From Heptranchias perlo (taxonomy: Eukaryota): a DNA stretch of 64,000 nucleotides. Positions 63,216 to 64,000 of this stretch are shown here, in pieces. The stretch spans positions 40,362,001 through 40,426,000 of the forward strand of contig NC_090339.1 of NCBI RefSeq assembly GCF_035084215.1, in the 5' to 3' direction. The translations under genes and the position numbers were made by a program. Within the stretch, counting starts at the first letter, position 1. Each line of letters begins with the position of its first letter. Under the pieces are notes generated by a model, which ran no database searches, was not told the origin of the DNA, and was given only the letters and a program-made list of their open reading frames with translations.

Positions 63216-64000
63216 GAATTAGCTGCTACAACTGTGGAACCATACCCAGCATGATTCAGAATCTTCAGGAGAGATGGGAAGGGGAGAAAAATTGCCAAGA
63301 AAATTTAAAAAAGAATTATTATCTGCATGTTAAAATAAATAGTTCCACCTTTTGTATGTGTTATAAAATATGAAATATGACTTCTCAGTTCATGGTTTCT
63401 TTAATTACACAAGTAGCACAAATGGGAAGACACCAACACTGAATATAATTGTGATAAACCTTTTCTTTTCTTTAATAGATGAAAGACTGGTACAGTATTC
63501 TTTTGTAAGTACTGTCACATGGGTTTGGACACAGCACATGTGGTAAAAATGTTTTAACATACAAAGTACAATTTCCTTTTATTTGAATCTCTCAGCTATG
63601 GGTGCTGAACACATTATTGTTCGTTAAAGGAGAAGCCCCAGTGTAATTATGCAAATTGTATGTTGGGCAGTTTTCTCATTCATATGATGTACAGTTCTTC
63701 ACTGCACGGAATTCCTTCACATACACAATCATACCATCACAAAATAGATACAGACGAAGAAAGCCAATGGGCCCAACCTAGCTCACCCATTCAGGAAAAA
63801 ACCTACACTTCCCTACCACATTATTCAACTGTTTCTTAAAACACTTTTGCACTGTTGTTGTTTTAGTTCATAATCCAGGAAACTTAGCCTTTACATTATC
63901 ATGCTAAATCTGACTCCCTTATCTTTTTGATCATAGTATCATAGTAGGTGCAGCACTAACTTGGCAGGGGGATGGGATACAGAGTGGAGCTACAATAGGG

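Overview
Eukaryotic (vertebrate) genomic DNA, most likely from a cartilaginous fish (shark/ray). That assignment is inferred from the repeat landscape: CR1 LINEs with (TTCTATGA/TTCTTATG)n tails, Deu-type SINEs and GC-rich MITEs. The only host gene I can support is a GAB-family adaptor, most like GAB3, on the minus strand. I rebuilt nine coding exons by hand (61627 to 23118, all GT-AG, phases consistent). They total 1791 nt, i.e. 596 aa plus stop; the first coding exon lies beyond the right edge of the window. Almost all other ORFs in the track are decayed transposon fragments or noise. These include many CR1 and L2-group LINE pieces, two triple-nested LINE clusters, a Gypsy/Gmr1-type SCAN-like gag relic, a Harbinger relic with an intron-containing Myb/SANT gene, 3-bp-TSD MITEs, a TA-flanked Tigger/pogo-type MITE, tRNA-derived SINEs and Penelope-type inverted repeats with hammerhead-like cores. 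I did not find a convincing novel multi-gene system. The best leads are: an inverted CR1 pair bracketing gab3 exons 4-6 (circRNA architecture), a long hairpin beside the PH-exon donor, exact short local duplications, a tRNA-headed element sharing a LINE tail, and hammerhead-like motifs.
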